Positions 31,110 to 40,879 of a DNA stretch of 64,000 bases are shown one piece after another. Below the pieces are notes generated by a model. The model ran no database searches and was not told the DNA's origin. It saw only the letters and a program-made list of their open reading frames with translations. This DNA comes from an uncultured virus (IMG/VR IMGVR_UViG_3300046314_000298) (Duplodnaviria; Heunggongvirae; Uroviricota; Caudoviricetes). A program made the translations under genes and the position numbers. The DNA is taken from IMG/VR virus record IMGVR_UViG_3300046314_000298; one strand, written 5' to 3'. The stretch's first letter is position 1; every line of letters starts with the position of its first letter.

Positions 31110-31278
31110 TACTCTTCTCCTTATTTAAAGTGTTTGGATCTGAAACCTCATAAGTTAGATCGGGTTGATGATACTGTTTGGTTATGAAGATATAGGTGTC
31201 GTGTTTTTATATCCCTGAAGAGGTAAGAGAATCTCATCAGGGAAATTTCCTTTCAGTTTATTTGTTACAGTAATAATT

Positions 31279-31647
31279 TTAACCGTAGCAAATTCTCCCT
31301 TTGGGGGTAATCAAAATACCCGAGAGCCGCCCAAACAAATCTTTTTCGCCTGCGATGACTCGATAATCCCCATTAGAAATGGCTCTGAGCTGTCGATGCG
31401 CCTCATGATCAGCTTGACCATGAGAGGTTATCAGGTACGAAGAGAGTTCGTATGACATAGCATGAACAGGGCATTCTGGATCGACTTCCAGTAGTTCTAT
31501 CGGATCGTCGTCTTTAACATATCCTTTATTCAGGAACTTGGTAGCAAACCAGACGTTCTCGTCCTCATCTTTATAGGTAGGGACGTTCAATGTAATGAAC
31601 TTGTCCAGTTTCTCTTTAAGCTCAGTGACGGCTTCAACTTTAGTCAT
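31279..31647 (-). CDS. Hypothetical protein
   Basis: 122 aa with conserved leader motif. Confidence 0.65.
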   Translation of the reverse strand: MTKVEAVTELKEKLDKFITLNVPTYKDEDENVWFATKFLNKGYVKDDDPIELLEVDPECPVHAMSYELSSYLITSHGQADHEAHRQLRAISNGDYRVIAGEKDLFGRLSGILITPKGRICYG

Positions 31648-31759
31648 GTTACATTCCTTTTAAGGTGACAAGATTGTCAAGTATAGTTTAAGCGGTTATA
31701 TAAGTTTAAAAAGGTTATAAAAACATACTCCACCCTGACTGGGTGGAGTATGTTTTTAA

Positions 31760-32425
31760 TTAAATCGCTAAATTAACAATTTTCTTAACAGTACGGCGTA
31801 AGTCAGCAGCACCCAACAGAATGACTTGGAAAGGGAAAGACTTGATTTTTGTCTTTCTCTTAGAGATAAGTTCAAAGAACTTATTTGAACGTGCTTTATA
31901 TGTCTCGACTACCTTCGTTAGATCCTTGATGGTCCTAATGGAGTCAAGATATCTAGCTATGTCTTGACGATCTTTAAAGTCCACGCTGTAAAGCTGTTCT
32001 AGACCAGAGATACGATCGGCCTTAAGATCAGACTCTATCTGTTTCCAAGTTGTATCATTCAAAAGGAAATAGTATCTCCAAAAGAAGGCCTCACTTGTCT
32101 TCATCCAGGTGTAAAAGCTGTTCATGTCCAGATCCATACCTGGTTCATCAAGATCTTTATCTTTCAACCAATCAATGAGATCAACACAAATTTCTTCAAT
32201 ATACTTTCTCTTGGACTCCATACCCAAGAACCAACCCTTCATTTCCCGATAAGCATCTGTATAGGTAGTGACCGCATCATGGGCAACTGCTCTGATAAAA
32301 CCTTCCATAGCCACATCGTCAAGTACTACCTCAGGTACTTTAAGGTGATCCAAATAATCCACATCGCGCTCATCCATAACACCGCGCTGCATCATCTCTT
32401 CCAAAGCATAATTTCTCTTAGCCAT
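31760..32425 (-). CDS. Putative virion head protein with propeptide
   Basis: Start reassigned to MAKRNY (GAGG RBS); acidic N-terminus with ALE and AME sites matching the S/A/G-X-E prohead-protease consensus of phiKZ-like phages. Confidence 0.5.
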   Translation of the reverse strand: MAKRNYALEEMMQRGVMDERDVDYLDHLKVPEVVLDDVAMEGFIRAVAHDAVTTYTDAYREMKGWFLGMESKRKYIEEICVDLIDWLKDKDLDEPGMDLDMNSFYTWMKTSEAFFWRYYFLLNDTTWKQIESDLKADRISGLEQLYSVDFKDRQDIARYLDSIRTIKDLTKVVETYKARSNKFFELISKRKTKIKSFPFQVILLGAADLRRTVKKIVNLAI

Positions 32426-32515
32426 AAATTCCTCGTAAAAAGGTTGAAGTTCTAACCAAATTATGTAAAAAAGAAAATACCCGACCCGCAAGGCCGGGAT
32501 TTTTCTTTTTGAGTT

Positions 32516-33367
32516 TTAAATCATAACGTAAGTTTTATTGACTGCATTCGGAGCATCCTTATTCACCACAGTATCGTTAATCCAAATCTTTTTACCGCTG
32601 GTTAGTGTCCTTACATGACCTCTGCGAATATGTTCTCGTGGGGATGCGTGTGTGCTGTGACCAGTTGATGGGTTAGATTGCTCACTGGTATAATTTAAAT
32701 CTATAGTTAGCACGTGGTAACTATCATAAGGTACAAAACCATTCCTTTTGATATTAGCCTTACCTCTAACGCTTGGTGTGGTTTTACCCACCTTTACATT
32801 AGAACACGACATTGCTTTTATGAAAAACAAAAAGGTAGCAAGCTCATCATCATAGTCCGATACGTTACCTAGTAGATTTTCTGAAAAAACAAGATCTTTA
32901 GTTTCCTTAATAATTTTCACAACAGGTAAAACTATCCATGTTTCACCCAGTTTGTCGTTAATGTTGGCAAAAGCTGTGGTGATTTCAATATTATCACCTG
33001 TGTCCATTGCGTACACCAGCCGCTTACGAGATATATCAGATCCTTCTTGTGTGTATTGAGGAACGCCGTTAATATAGAAATACGGATCACCTTCTTCCCT
33101 TGTGATTGGTGGTACGTAGTATTCAAGACAGATGCATTTGAATGGTAGAGTAATTACACCATCTAAGAAATTAAAATTACCCTTATCAAAGTTTTTGATT
33201 CTTCCACCGTCCGGTAAGTTAAACTTAATAGATTTGTGGTGTAATTTACAAACTTTTGTATATCCGTCTATTAACAATGATAGTTTACTGCTTTGTGTGT
33301 ACGATGCTCCGGCAAGGAATTTCTTTGCAAAGTCATAAAGTTCTCTGCTGTAATTTAAGTTGCTCAT
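32516..33367 (-). CDS. Phage hypothetical protein (SPREHIRRGHVR...WI motif)
   Basis: 283 aa; C-terminal HxRRGHxR motif common in phage proteins. Confidence 0.65.
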   Translation of the reverse strand: MSNLNYSRELYDFAKKFLAGASYTQSSKLSLLIDGYTKVCKLHHKSIKFNLPDGGRIKNFDKGNFNFLDGVITLPFKCICLEYYVPPITREEGDPYFYINGVPQYTQEGSDISRKRLVYAMDTGDNIEITTAFANINDKLGETWIVLPVVKIIKETKDLVFSENLLGNVSDYDDELATFLFFIKAMSCSNVKVGKTTPSVRGKANIKRNGFVPYDSYHVLTIDLNYTSEQSNPSTGHSTHASPREHIRRGHVRTLTSGKKIWINDTVVNKDAPNAVNKTYVMI

Positions 33368-33396
33368 GATGTTACCTTTTGATTAAAATATAAAAT

Positions 33397-33432
33397 AAAG
33401 AAAAGTCCCAGCCGAAGCCAGGACTTTTCTTT
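33397..33432 (-). terminator. Intrinsic terminator after the ncRNA candidate
   Basis: aaagaaaagtcc...ggacttttcttt hairpin. Confidence 0.75.
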
Positions 33433-33436
33433 AAGC

Positions 33437-33918
33437 TAGCAATACTTTCCCACTATGTTCTTAAACAGATTAGACACAACTCTATATCTATCCAAAAACA
33501 CAGCAGGCAAGCAGCGCTACTCACTTCTATTTAACAGGAAAGGTCATAGCTGACCTAAAATTAAATTTTACACGTCCTGATCGCACAGCACTTACCATAG
33601 CACCTGGTCTACATTACTGCAACGGCATGAGATTTATACCCCAATCTTTAAACCATACAGCCGTATGATGATCTAAAAATTGTCTGGACGTTCACTTACC
33701 TAAAGATAAGTCAGAGCTATTCCACCATTTGCTATAGTGGGATGCGGATCTACATCGGAACTATCAAATCTAACTCATTGAAATGAGGTTTATTCGACTA
33801 ACGATAAGTTCGTACCGTGTGTAAGATCAGTGAAAAGAGTCTTTGTATTTTGTCGATGTATAAAGTCTTACGGTTTATTCACGCATAGACCTTACCTTAT
33901 CGTGATAGATTATTGCTA
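33437..33918 (-). ncRNA. Candidate large structured ncRNA (~480 nt)
   Basis: ORF-free; terminal 8-bp stem (33437-33444/33911-33918); nested helices; terminator directly downstream. Confidence 0.6.
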
Positions 33919-33934
33919 TCTACTAGGACTTTGT

Positions 33935-34546
33935 TCACTGTGTCATTCTCATGTCTGTTAAAATCAGTTTTCTGACTGTGGTTTCCAAGCCAGGGAAAAC
34001 TGTCAAAACATTAGACATCAAGTTATTCCTTACCTTATTCCTAAGATTGAAGTCGTTATCTGCATTGGTAGGATCTGTCAGATACTTTAACCTATAGAAG
34101 TTAGCATACTCTATAATAGTCTTCTTAGAAGTAGTTAACAAAGGTCTCTGCACATTACCATTTTGATAAGCCATCACTCTACTTCTACCTTGACAGCTGG
34201 TCATCAGGTACCATTCAGTAGCATCAGACAGATGATGACCTGTAAGTACAGGCTTATCCATAGATTGAAATATGGTGTTTCTTTTTCTAGACCAAAAGGA
34301 TTCTAGAGATGTGGAGTTATCAAACTCAGACAACTTGAAGGTTTTATAAGCTAAACCAAGCTGATTAGCTGTCTCTTTACAGAAAGCCAGTTCAGTCTTA
34401 CTAAAGTCTGTGTTATGATCCACAGTAAGTAAAGTTACATTAACTCTCTTCCTTAACAGAAGGTGTAAAAGTACGACCGAATCTATACCGCCTGAAAAAG
34501 CAAGGTAAACATCTTTTTGAAGAGTCTTAAGTACATTGAGTTTCAT
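33935..34546 (-). CDS. tilS: tRNA(Ile)-lysidine synthetase, catalytic domain only
   Basis: AFSGGIDS PP-loop, VDH, TGHHLSD, RPLL, DPTN, RNKVR. Confidence 0.9.
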   Translation of the reverse strand: MKLNVLKTLQKDVYLAFSGGIDSVVLLHLLLRKRVNVTLLTVDHNTDFSKTELAFCKETANQLGLAYKTFKLSEFDNSTSLESFWSRKRNTIFQSMDKPVLTGHHLSDATEWYLMTSCQGRSRVMAYQNGNVQRPLLTTSKKTIIEYANFYRLKYLTDPTNADNDFNLRNKVRNNLMSNVLTVFPGLETTVRKLILTDMRMTQ

Positions 34547-34616
34547 GTGTTGAGAAAAAAAGAAAAGACACAACTGCTCAGAATCTATAAGACTCTAAGC
34601 AGTTGTGCTTTTTTGT

Positions 34617-34928
34617 TGGTAGGCAGGATGAGATTCGAACTCACTATCTTCGGCTTCACATTTGTGTTAGTTTCCTAACTCTGTGGACTATATCACCATC
34701 CTTAACTTAATATTAGGATGTCGGGCGCTTTACTCTGTTATTAAGAAGATTCTACTTCTCAGATAGTCTCTGCACTTTCCTAGGGTATACCCTAAGCTTA
34801 GCTCAGTATTGCCGTCGTCATTATACGTTACGGTTTCACTGAATTCACCCGATTATTCAATACTGATTACTCAGTAAGGTCACCATTGAGATGAGGCCGC
34901 CGCTTATAACCCCTTAAGCTTCCCGCCT
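34617..34928 (-). tRNA. tRNA with CAU anticodon (probably Ile2), exons 34928..34891 and 34656..34617
   Basis: Acceptor AGGCGGG/CCUGCCU, loop CU CAU AA after splicing, GUUCGAAUC T-loop, encoded CCA; adjacent to tilS. Confidence 0.88.
34657..34890 (-). ncRNA. Group I intron (234 nt) in tRNA-CAU at position 36/37
   Basis: P1 UCAUC/GGUGA with U-G; terminal G; core GAAUUCAGUGAAA, GGCAAUACUGAGC, GUGCAGAGACUA, GGUGAUAUAGUCC. Confidence 0.9.
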
Positions 34929-34937
34929 ATTTTACAC

Positions 34938-35241
34938 TGGTCCGCCCGGCAAGAATCGAACTTGCAACTAAAACTTAGCGTCACACTATAGTTTTCACTA
35001 CCAGGTTACCCTGTTTGTGCGCTGGACTTTGTCTTGATCATGACCTACTTATGATAGGTTTTAGATCTTTGCCGTCAAGTCTCTACACGTTCTATCCCTT
35101 TTGAAAAAGATAGCTTCGCTCGGCGTTGGCATCAGCATTACCTGTTAAGCGTTCACCGAATTTGACAAAATTCACTGAATACTTTCGACATCCAGTGCTC
35201 CTAATTGAAGGTTCTTGTTATATCCATTTAACTACGGGCAG
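34938..35241 (-). tRNA. tRNA-Arg(UCU), exons 35241..35208 and 34978..34938
   Basis: Acceptor CUGCCCG/CGGGCGG, anticodon stem AGAAC/GUUUU, loop CU U|CU AA, GUUCGAUUC, CCA. Confidence 0.88.
34979..35207 (-). ncRNA. Group I intron (229 nt) in tRNA-Arg(UCU) at position 34/35
   Basis: P1 CUUC/GGAG; terminal G; core AAAUUCGGUGAA, GCCAACGCCGAGC, GUGUAGAGACU, AAGACAAAGUCC. Confidence 0.9.
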
Positions 35242-35243
35242 AT

Positions 35244-36370
35244 TATCTTTAATAACACTTTATTCAAATGTTATTAAAGATACCCAATATCACTATTGGG
35301 TCTTACCACTTATTACTCACGTAAGACAAAGCTCACATTTTCACATTAGATTCTATATTCTTTTACTCTTATAGACTTTACAGTCAGAGATATTCCTTTA
35401 AGAATCTTACGTGGGTTTAAAGTCTTTCTACCATATCGTGTTATTAGTACCAGGGGCTGACTATGCAATCTTAGGCTTTTCCTGGATTCAGTCATGCTAC
35501 AACTAATAACGCATCAGAGTAATTACTTCTGATATTTGACTTAGGTAATCTCCATTAGACTTATACCTTCTGTATTTAATCCGACCAGACTGCCTTTCGC
35601 ATGTATCTGGTTTTACTGTTTCCAGTAGTGAGCTAAACTCACATTTCGGTCAGATTGGTCCCAGAGTAACTCTGGACTTTGGAGATGGGCACCCACTCGT
35701 TAAAGTGTTTTACCGTCTTTCGATAACTTTTACGCTCATTGACATAGCATGTGGTTTAAACATCGCTTGTCTTGATGGACTACAAGTTATTTTTTCGGTG
35801 GCGTCTTGTTTATCTGTCTGCTTAATCGTTGTCGCTATTCCAAGGGCGAGTCCACCCATCCTGGCGAATGAGCTTCAATCTCTCACGACTATCCTATAAA
35901 CTTTTAAGCTTTTCCATTATTTCAGACCTTACAGCTAACGTCTATATCAGGCGATTAATATAGACATATGCGTATCTGTTGTCATGGCGACAGATGTTCT
36001 CGATGATTGTTCAAGAACATCGATATTCCTCACATGAGTACATTACTGAAACTCATGCAACCTTTTACAAGGACGATATACTTAGGAACGCTAAGTATAA
36101 TTAACTGTCTTTCACTCTCGTGTGGAGCTATTGAACTTAAAGCCACCAGTATCAAGACTAATCCTGGTTTCAATGATATTATTTATATACCGCGCAAGGC
36201 GGTCGAGGTTTTTCTGGTGGGGATTTGATAGACCCTGTCGTTGCAGCAACACGTTTAGCCCTAGCAGACTGCAATCGTTTAAGGCTGTTGTCTATCTCAT
36301 CCAGTTTGAACAACGACACAAGGTCGCACGCTCTCCAGAAATAACCCCATGAGAAATCATTCCACATGGC
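35244..36370 (-). ncRNA. Candidate very large structured ncRNA or ncRNA cluster (~1.1 kb)
   Basis: No credible ORF; dense inverted repeats; abuts the tRNA-Arg 5' end; strand inferred from neighbours. Confidence 0.55.
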
Positions 36371-36380
36371 GATCACTTTC

Positions 36381-36686
36381 TTAAGTTTGTTTCAGCTCTT
36401 CTATCATCAGTTCAAGCATACGCTTTTTAACTTCAGGATCTATGCTCTTGGGAACATAAACAAGTCCGCGTATGGCAAACTCTTTCATGTAAGACAACGA
36501 CATTTTTGTCGCGTTGTCAAATCTGGTTTCACATGCTGTCAACCTAGAACCAGATTTTAAACTCTCTATGTAGTTTACAAAGTCATCTGAACTAACCATA
36601 CCTCTACAGATATCAATAAAGATATTATAAGGATGGGTATTGAGGTTGATTTCCATATGTTCCTTAGTGCATGCACCCTTGCACAT
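36381..36686 (-). CDS. Hypothetical protein
   Basis: ORF with AAGGA RBS before the internal MEINL start. Confidence 0.55.
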   Translation of the reverse strand: MCKGACTKEHMEINLNTHPYNIFIDICRGMVSSDDFVNYIESLKSGSRLTACETRFDNATKMSLSYMKEFAIRGLVYVPKSIDPEVKKRMLELMIEELKQT

Positions 36687-36959
36687 TATACAAGAGGTAA
36701 ATAAAATTTGACACTATTGTCAGATAGAGTTTATATAGCTATAGTTGTTTAGAAAAGGGAAAAATAAAACCACCAGGTGTTACCCTGGTGGTTTTATCTT
36801 GCGCTTACCCGCTTTTCAACTCGGAAGACCAAAACACCATGCGATCCTAAAGCCAGATCGTAATAATTGCTCGTTTTACCGAGTCCAACCATTTATATAG
36901 GAGACACAGAGCTGGAGCTAATCCCAGTCGCCACTATGTACCTCAGTCTTTCCATAACA

Positions 36960-37553
36960 TTATACTTGATTCTGTTTTTGATATCTGAGTTGATTTTCAT
37001 AGTAATAAACTTTGAACTTACAGTAATATTTCAAATGTTTGAAAACTGAGAACATGAAAGCCAGGAATATACTCATTAAAGATACCAGCAGTAAACTTGT
37101 TGTGATAAATATAAGACCGGTACCGCTAATGGCCTGAGTCATTAATAACACTATAACAACATAAGAAGTTATCTTACTGATTGTGGGTAATCGATATAAG
37201 AAGAACTCATTGTTACTTATAACAAAACAATCTTTTAAAGTTACGCTGGTTCTGTGAGATCTTATATAGTTACCGGTATGGATGTTAACACTATTCTCAT
37301 ATTGCAAACCCAGAAGTACCAAATAGATACTTACACATGTTGCTAGATATGCAATCAGAAAGACAACCGTCTGAACAAAGAAAAAGTCTGTTTTATCTAG
37401 ATCGTAAAGATAAAGATAAAGCTGTTTTGTTCTTTCATCTATGAAACTCAGAAAGGTTTTATCCCGAATGAGGATAGAGTAACTGAATAGATACCAGAAT
37501 ACCAAAGCTATAACTGAATAGCTGACACCGAATAAGTTTCTAAGAAAAAGCAT
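36960..37553 (-). CDS. Hypothetical membrane protein
   Basis: About four hydrophobic segments; overlaps the upstream stop. Confidence 0.6.
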   Translation of the reverse strand: MLFLRNLFGVSYSVIALVFWYLFSYSILIRDKTFLSFIDERTKQLYLYLYDLDKTDFFFVQTVVFLIAYLATCVSIYLVLLGLQYENSVNIHTGNYIRSHRTSVTLKDCFVISNNEFFLYRLPTISKITSYVVIVLLMTQAISGTGLIFITTSLLLVSLMSIFLAFMFSVFKHLKYYCKFKVYYYENQLRYQKQNQV

Positions 37554-38256
37554 GATTGATCCTGAGATTAAGTCTGTTTTTGATAGCGTCAGTGCCGGTA
37601 TAATCTTGAAAGTTTGAGAAACCTTCGTTCAATTGCAGCTTGATGAAGCAAAAAGCCAAAGCTCTGTGGACAAAGCTCACATATTTTTTCCTGCTGAAGG
37701 TTTGTGAAAATCTCACACTCTGCGTCATCTCAGGTGTGAGATGGGTGAGATAAGCATCTTTAGTTTTACCAGCCTCTAGTAGATCCAAATACTTTAGAGA
37801 TTTGTCTATCTCCTCAGCAGTAAACTTAACCACTATGTTTTTATGATCAAGAAACATAAGGCCGATAGGTGCAAAGATAATCATCTCTGAGTAACCTATG
37901 CTACCCCTGTGAGAGTTATAACATCCCAGTAACATGTTATACATATCCATGGATTTGGGTCTGTATAAGATCTTATTAGATATGTCTGTCGTCTCAGCCT
38001 TGGCTAACATGAGCATATACATATTAGATACACTTCTGGTAAGAAGCACCTCTAGACTATCTTCTTTTTGATATGTCAGTTTGGAGAACATATCTTTAAC
38101 GTCTTTGACTAACCAGTTGTTAAAGTCCTTTTTGTCTGTAGAGACAGGGTTAAACATACTAGAGATGAGGTTTTCAGAATAATCAAGCAGGCCTTCCAAC
38201 ATCTTACCTGGTATGGGATAGTCTAAAAGTTGCGTTTCTTCAAAGTCTAATTTCAT
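37540..38256 (-). CDS. Hypothetical protein
   Basis: 238 aa, translationally coupled. Confidence 0.65.
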   Translation of the reverse strand: MKLDFEETQLLDYPIPGKMLEGLLDYSENLISSMFNPVSTDKKDFNNWLVKDVKDMFSKLTYQKEDSLEVLLTRSVSNMYMLMLAKAETTDISNKILYRPKSMDMYNMLLGCYNSHRGSIGYSEMIIFAPIGLMFLDHKNIVVKFTAEEIDKSLKYLDLLEAGKTKDAYLTHLTPEMTQSVRFSQTFSRKKYVSFVHRALAFCFIKLQLNEGFSNFQDYTGTDAIKNRLNLRINHAFS

Positions 38257-38459
38257 TTTGTTACCTTAGATAGTTGATTGAGTTTGATTCGGTAATAATT
38301 TAAAGATACTGACCTGGCTCTTAGCTGAGTCAATCTTTTTTCCTGTTCAGGTGTATATTCTTTACCAACCTTTGAATCATGTACTTTATAAAAGAGTTTG
38401 TTGATCTTTTCTAAGAGTCGAGTGGATTGATCCCATTTATGGACATTTGTCATGTTCAC
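38253..38459 (-). CDS. Hypothetical protein
   Basis: 68 aa with 4-nt overlaps on both sides. Confidence 0.55.
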   Translation of the reverse strand: MNMTNVHKWDQSTRLLEKINKLFYKVHDSKVGKEYTPEQEKRLTQLRARSVSLNYYRIKLNQLSKVTK

Positions 38460-39208
38460 TTTATCTTTCTGATATGTTTACAACCTAGACAGTGATTAGG
38501 TACTATTTTGTCTTTAAAGCTTAACAAAGCAGCTTCTCTAGAAAACCCCTGTGGTTCTTTTATATAGCAACAAGGTAATTCAACGCCATCTATTGTATAA
38601 AACGGATTGTTTTTATTTCCGTTTAGAAAATCACAAGTTATGGCTTTGGCTTTGTCATCCGGGACTTTAAATATAATTTTCTTATTTTCGGGATATACAG
38701 ATACATAATCAGACTTAACTGACAGTTGATTAATATTGTAAAAAATATTATTTTCTTTTAACCAGAGTAAAGTGCTTTTTAAGTCTTGACCCACATTGGT
38801 TATTTGCACATCCACAACAGTCTGCTTATGTGATTTTAACAAAAGTATATTTTGCATCACCTTTTTAACATTATGCCTGCCTATTGACTTACATGTTTCT
38901 TCGTCAATGCTGTCTAATGAAATAGATATTCTTTTAAAATATTTAATAATTTTCTCTATATCAACAACAGATCCGTTAATTATGGAATAAGGTATATGAC
39001 CTCTAGAATAAACATAATCAACTCCTTCCCACCAGTATTTCCATAAGGTTGGTTCGCCTTCACCCTGTAGTTTAATAACAGACGTGTCTTTAAGCTTATC
39101 TATAATTGTGGTAAAGGTATCCCAGGACATATCTTTTTGCTCCATGGTCCTGCCTGTGCAATACCAGCAATTATAATTACAACGCGTGGTTACTTCTATT
39201 TGTATCAT
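38456..39208 (-). CDS. Radical SAM protein with SPASM/twitch-like C-terminus
   Basis: CNYNCWYC, GEGEPTL, ISISLDS, LPCC...CLGC. Confidence 0.88.
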   Translation of the reverse strand: MIQIEVTTRCNYNCWYCTGRTMEQKDMSWDTFTTIIDKLKDTSVIKLQGEGEPTLWKYWWEGVDYVYSRGHIPYSIINGSVVDIEKIIKYFKRISISLDSIDEETCKSIGRHNVKKVMQNILLLKSHKQTVVDVQITNVGQDLKSTLLWLKENNIFYNINQLSVKSDYVSVYPENKKIIFKVPDDKAKAITCDFLNGNKNNPFYTIDGVELPCCYIKEPQGFSREAALLSFKDKIVPNHCLGCKHIRKIK

Positions 39209-39288
39209 TATTCACATCACATGTTTTCAATTTATCGTAAATAAAAATAACGCAAAAAAGATAAGCAGGGATTTACCCCTGCTTATCT

Positions 39289-39519
39289 TTAAACCTTCTG
39301 CACTTTACCGCATGTGGAACAGGTGATTTCACCGTTCAGCATGTAGAACTTGCACGGGTCTTGAAATGCTATCTTGTCGTAGTCGCAAGCAAGGTTCTTG
39401 CTTTCTACGATGGTGGTGATAGCTGTGCGCTCTTCTTCAGACCCAGCCACTACTTTGTAGTCTGTGTATTTAGGGATACACAGAGCACGTTTTACATTTT
39501 GGAAGAATGATTTAAACAT
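39289..39519 (-). CDS. Small Cys-rich hypothetical protein
   Basis: MFKSFFQ start with AAGGCGG RBS; CSTCG. Confidence 0.55.
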   Translation of the reverse strand: MFKSFFQNVKRALCIPKYTDYKVVAGSEEERTAITTIVESKNLACDYDKIAFQDPCKFYMLNGEITCSTCGKVQKV

Positions 39520-39862
39520 TTTCCGCCTTTGGAATCTGGTGGTCTGTGGTAAAAGCCATTTTTCCACCCATGTGCCTGAGCTTTACGTCACAGATGTTTT
39601 CGATCTGCTCGTCCATCATCTTATCGATTTTGGATTTGATGAAGTCTTGCATTTCAGGTTTTTCCAGCTCTTTACTGATGATTTCTTCGATCATTGAGCG
39701 ACCAATGCCTTTATCTTTGACGAGTTTGCCATTTATATAGGCATCTCTTTCATAGAAAAAAGCGTAGAAGGCGCTGTTGATAGTTTGATCTATCTGAAGC
39801 TTGAGTCTTTTTTCGATGGCTGGTTTATCGATCAACTGATCGATGTTGAATTTGATTTCCAT
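39512..39862 (-). CDS. Hypothetical protein
   Basis: 116 aa with conserved leader motif. Confidence 0.65.
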   Translation of the reverse strand: MEIKFNIDQLIDKPAIEKRLKLQIDQTINSAFYAFFYERDAYINGKLVKDKGIGRSMIEEIISKELEKPEMQDFIKSKIDKMMDEQIENICDVKLRHMGGKMAFTTDHQIPKAENV

Positions 39863-39895
39863 GGTACATTCTTTCTTGAGACAGGATTGATTAAA

Positions 39896-40099
39896 TCAAG
39901 CCAAAGCAGATTCTTCCAACTCCAGCATGTTGACAGGCACATGTGCCTTATCTCTGGACTGTTCATATTGAATATGAACACGAGCGGATCCGACAGGCGC
40001 ATCTTCCACTACACGGATACGGAACTTCATTTTCAACCGTGATGTGAAAATACCCTTAGTACCTTTTTTGATCAAGGTCTTGCTGACTGGTTCAGTCAT
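39896..40099 (-). CDS. Hypothetical protein
   Basis: 67 aa, coupled to the upstream gene. Confidence 0.55.
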   Translation of the reverse strand: MTEPVSKTLIKKGTKGIFTSRLKMKFRIRVVEDAPVGSARVHIQYEQSRDKAHVPVNMLELEESALA

Positions 40100-40376
40100 T
40101 TCTTTCTTTCTTTACAGGTTCTTCTACAAACAGTATATAGATGACTGCGTAGATAACTAATAACAAATTAAACAAAATGATCGTGGACACACCTGTCCAG
40201 AAGATCACAGCAGCCAAAGGCTGGTCTGGTGTATACCAGTGTGTGAACACAACACCAAAAGTCAGAATAAACACCACAAGTGCAATCAGCTTAATGTTAA
40301 CTGCTTTCTGATAGTGTTTATGGAAGACGTTATTTGGGTTATCTCTATAGCTTGAGCTTTCAAGATACTTGTTCAT
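40092..40376 (-). CDS. Hypothetical two-TM membrane protein
   Basis: Two hydrophobic helices. Confidence 0.6.
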   Translation of the reverse strand: MNKYLESSSYRDNPNNVFHKHYQKAVNIKLIALVVFILTFGVVFTHWYTPDQPLAAVIFWTGVSTIILFNLLLVIYAVIYILFVEEPVKKERND

Positions 40377-40879
40377 GATCTTATATAAGTTTTCATGTGT
40401 TTGTCAGCTATGTGTATAGTATCTAGTTGAATCCGTCTGGTGACATCATCTTCCATCACACACATAGCCTCGTGCATGTCTTTAACCTGATTGACTTCAG
40501 ACTCAGTGAATCTGTACCAATCAGGATTAGTTTCATGTTCAGAAGCTTTTACCACCAGCATGTTAAAGACAGCTTCTAGCTCATCTACAGTTTCTTGCAC
40601 ATAAACCACTTTAGCTATCTCTACCGCATGCTTGGTTCTAAAGGCTGCGTTATACCAATCAGTAGGTGTGCCTGTATTGGTTTCAAGAGCTTTGATGGTT
40701 AATTCAAAAACTCTTCTGATCTTATCCTTCAGTTCTTTAGGAACAGCAAAAACCACTGGGGTGTGGGTTTTGTATTTCTTTTTGACTTGAGGGCGTTGTT
40801 TGAGTTTAAGTTCTATTACCACGGCTAGGGATGAAGTTATCCAGATAGGTGTTGATGTAATAGGCTGCCTCAGCTGCAT
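40373..40879 (-). CDS. Hypothetical protein (start uncertain)
   Basis: 168 aa ORF overlapping the upstream ORF by 74 nt. Confidence 0.55.
   Translation of the reverse strand: MQLRQPITSTPIWITSSLAVVIELKLKQRPQVKKKYKTHTPVVFAVPKELKDKIRRVFELTIKALETNTGTPTDWYNAAFRTKHAVEIAKVVYVQETVDELEAVFNMLVVKASEHETNPDWYRFTESEVNQVKDMHEAMCVMEDDVTRRIQLDTIHIADKHMKTYIRS

Noticed and set aside
31213..31242. CUGAUGA (minus) and CUGAAGA (plus) suggesting a second hammerhead upstream of the TasA-like gene
   Set aside because: No stem II followed by GAAA and no stem III; it folds as a simple hairpin ccctga..tcaggg
31110..31278. Canonical TIGR array upstream of the TasA-like gene
   Set aside because: Only isolated CCA motifs; no regular ~36-nt repeat visible
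35452..35490. GGGGCTGA...CTGGATTC resembling a tmRNA 5' end on the plus strand
   Set aside because: Spacing is wrong and I found no matching T-arm/acceptor-CCA 3' end downstream
35440..35510. Pseudoknot considered as an HDV-like/theta ribozyme
   Set aside because: Lacks the P1.1 and J4/2 catalytic elements in the required order
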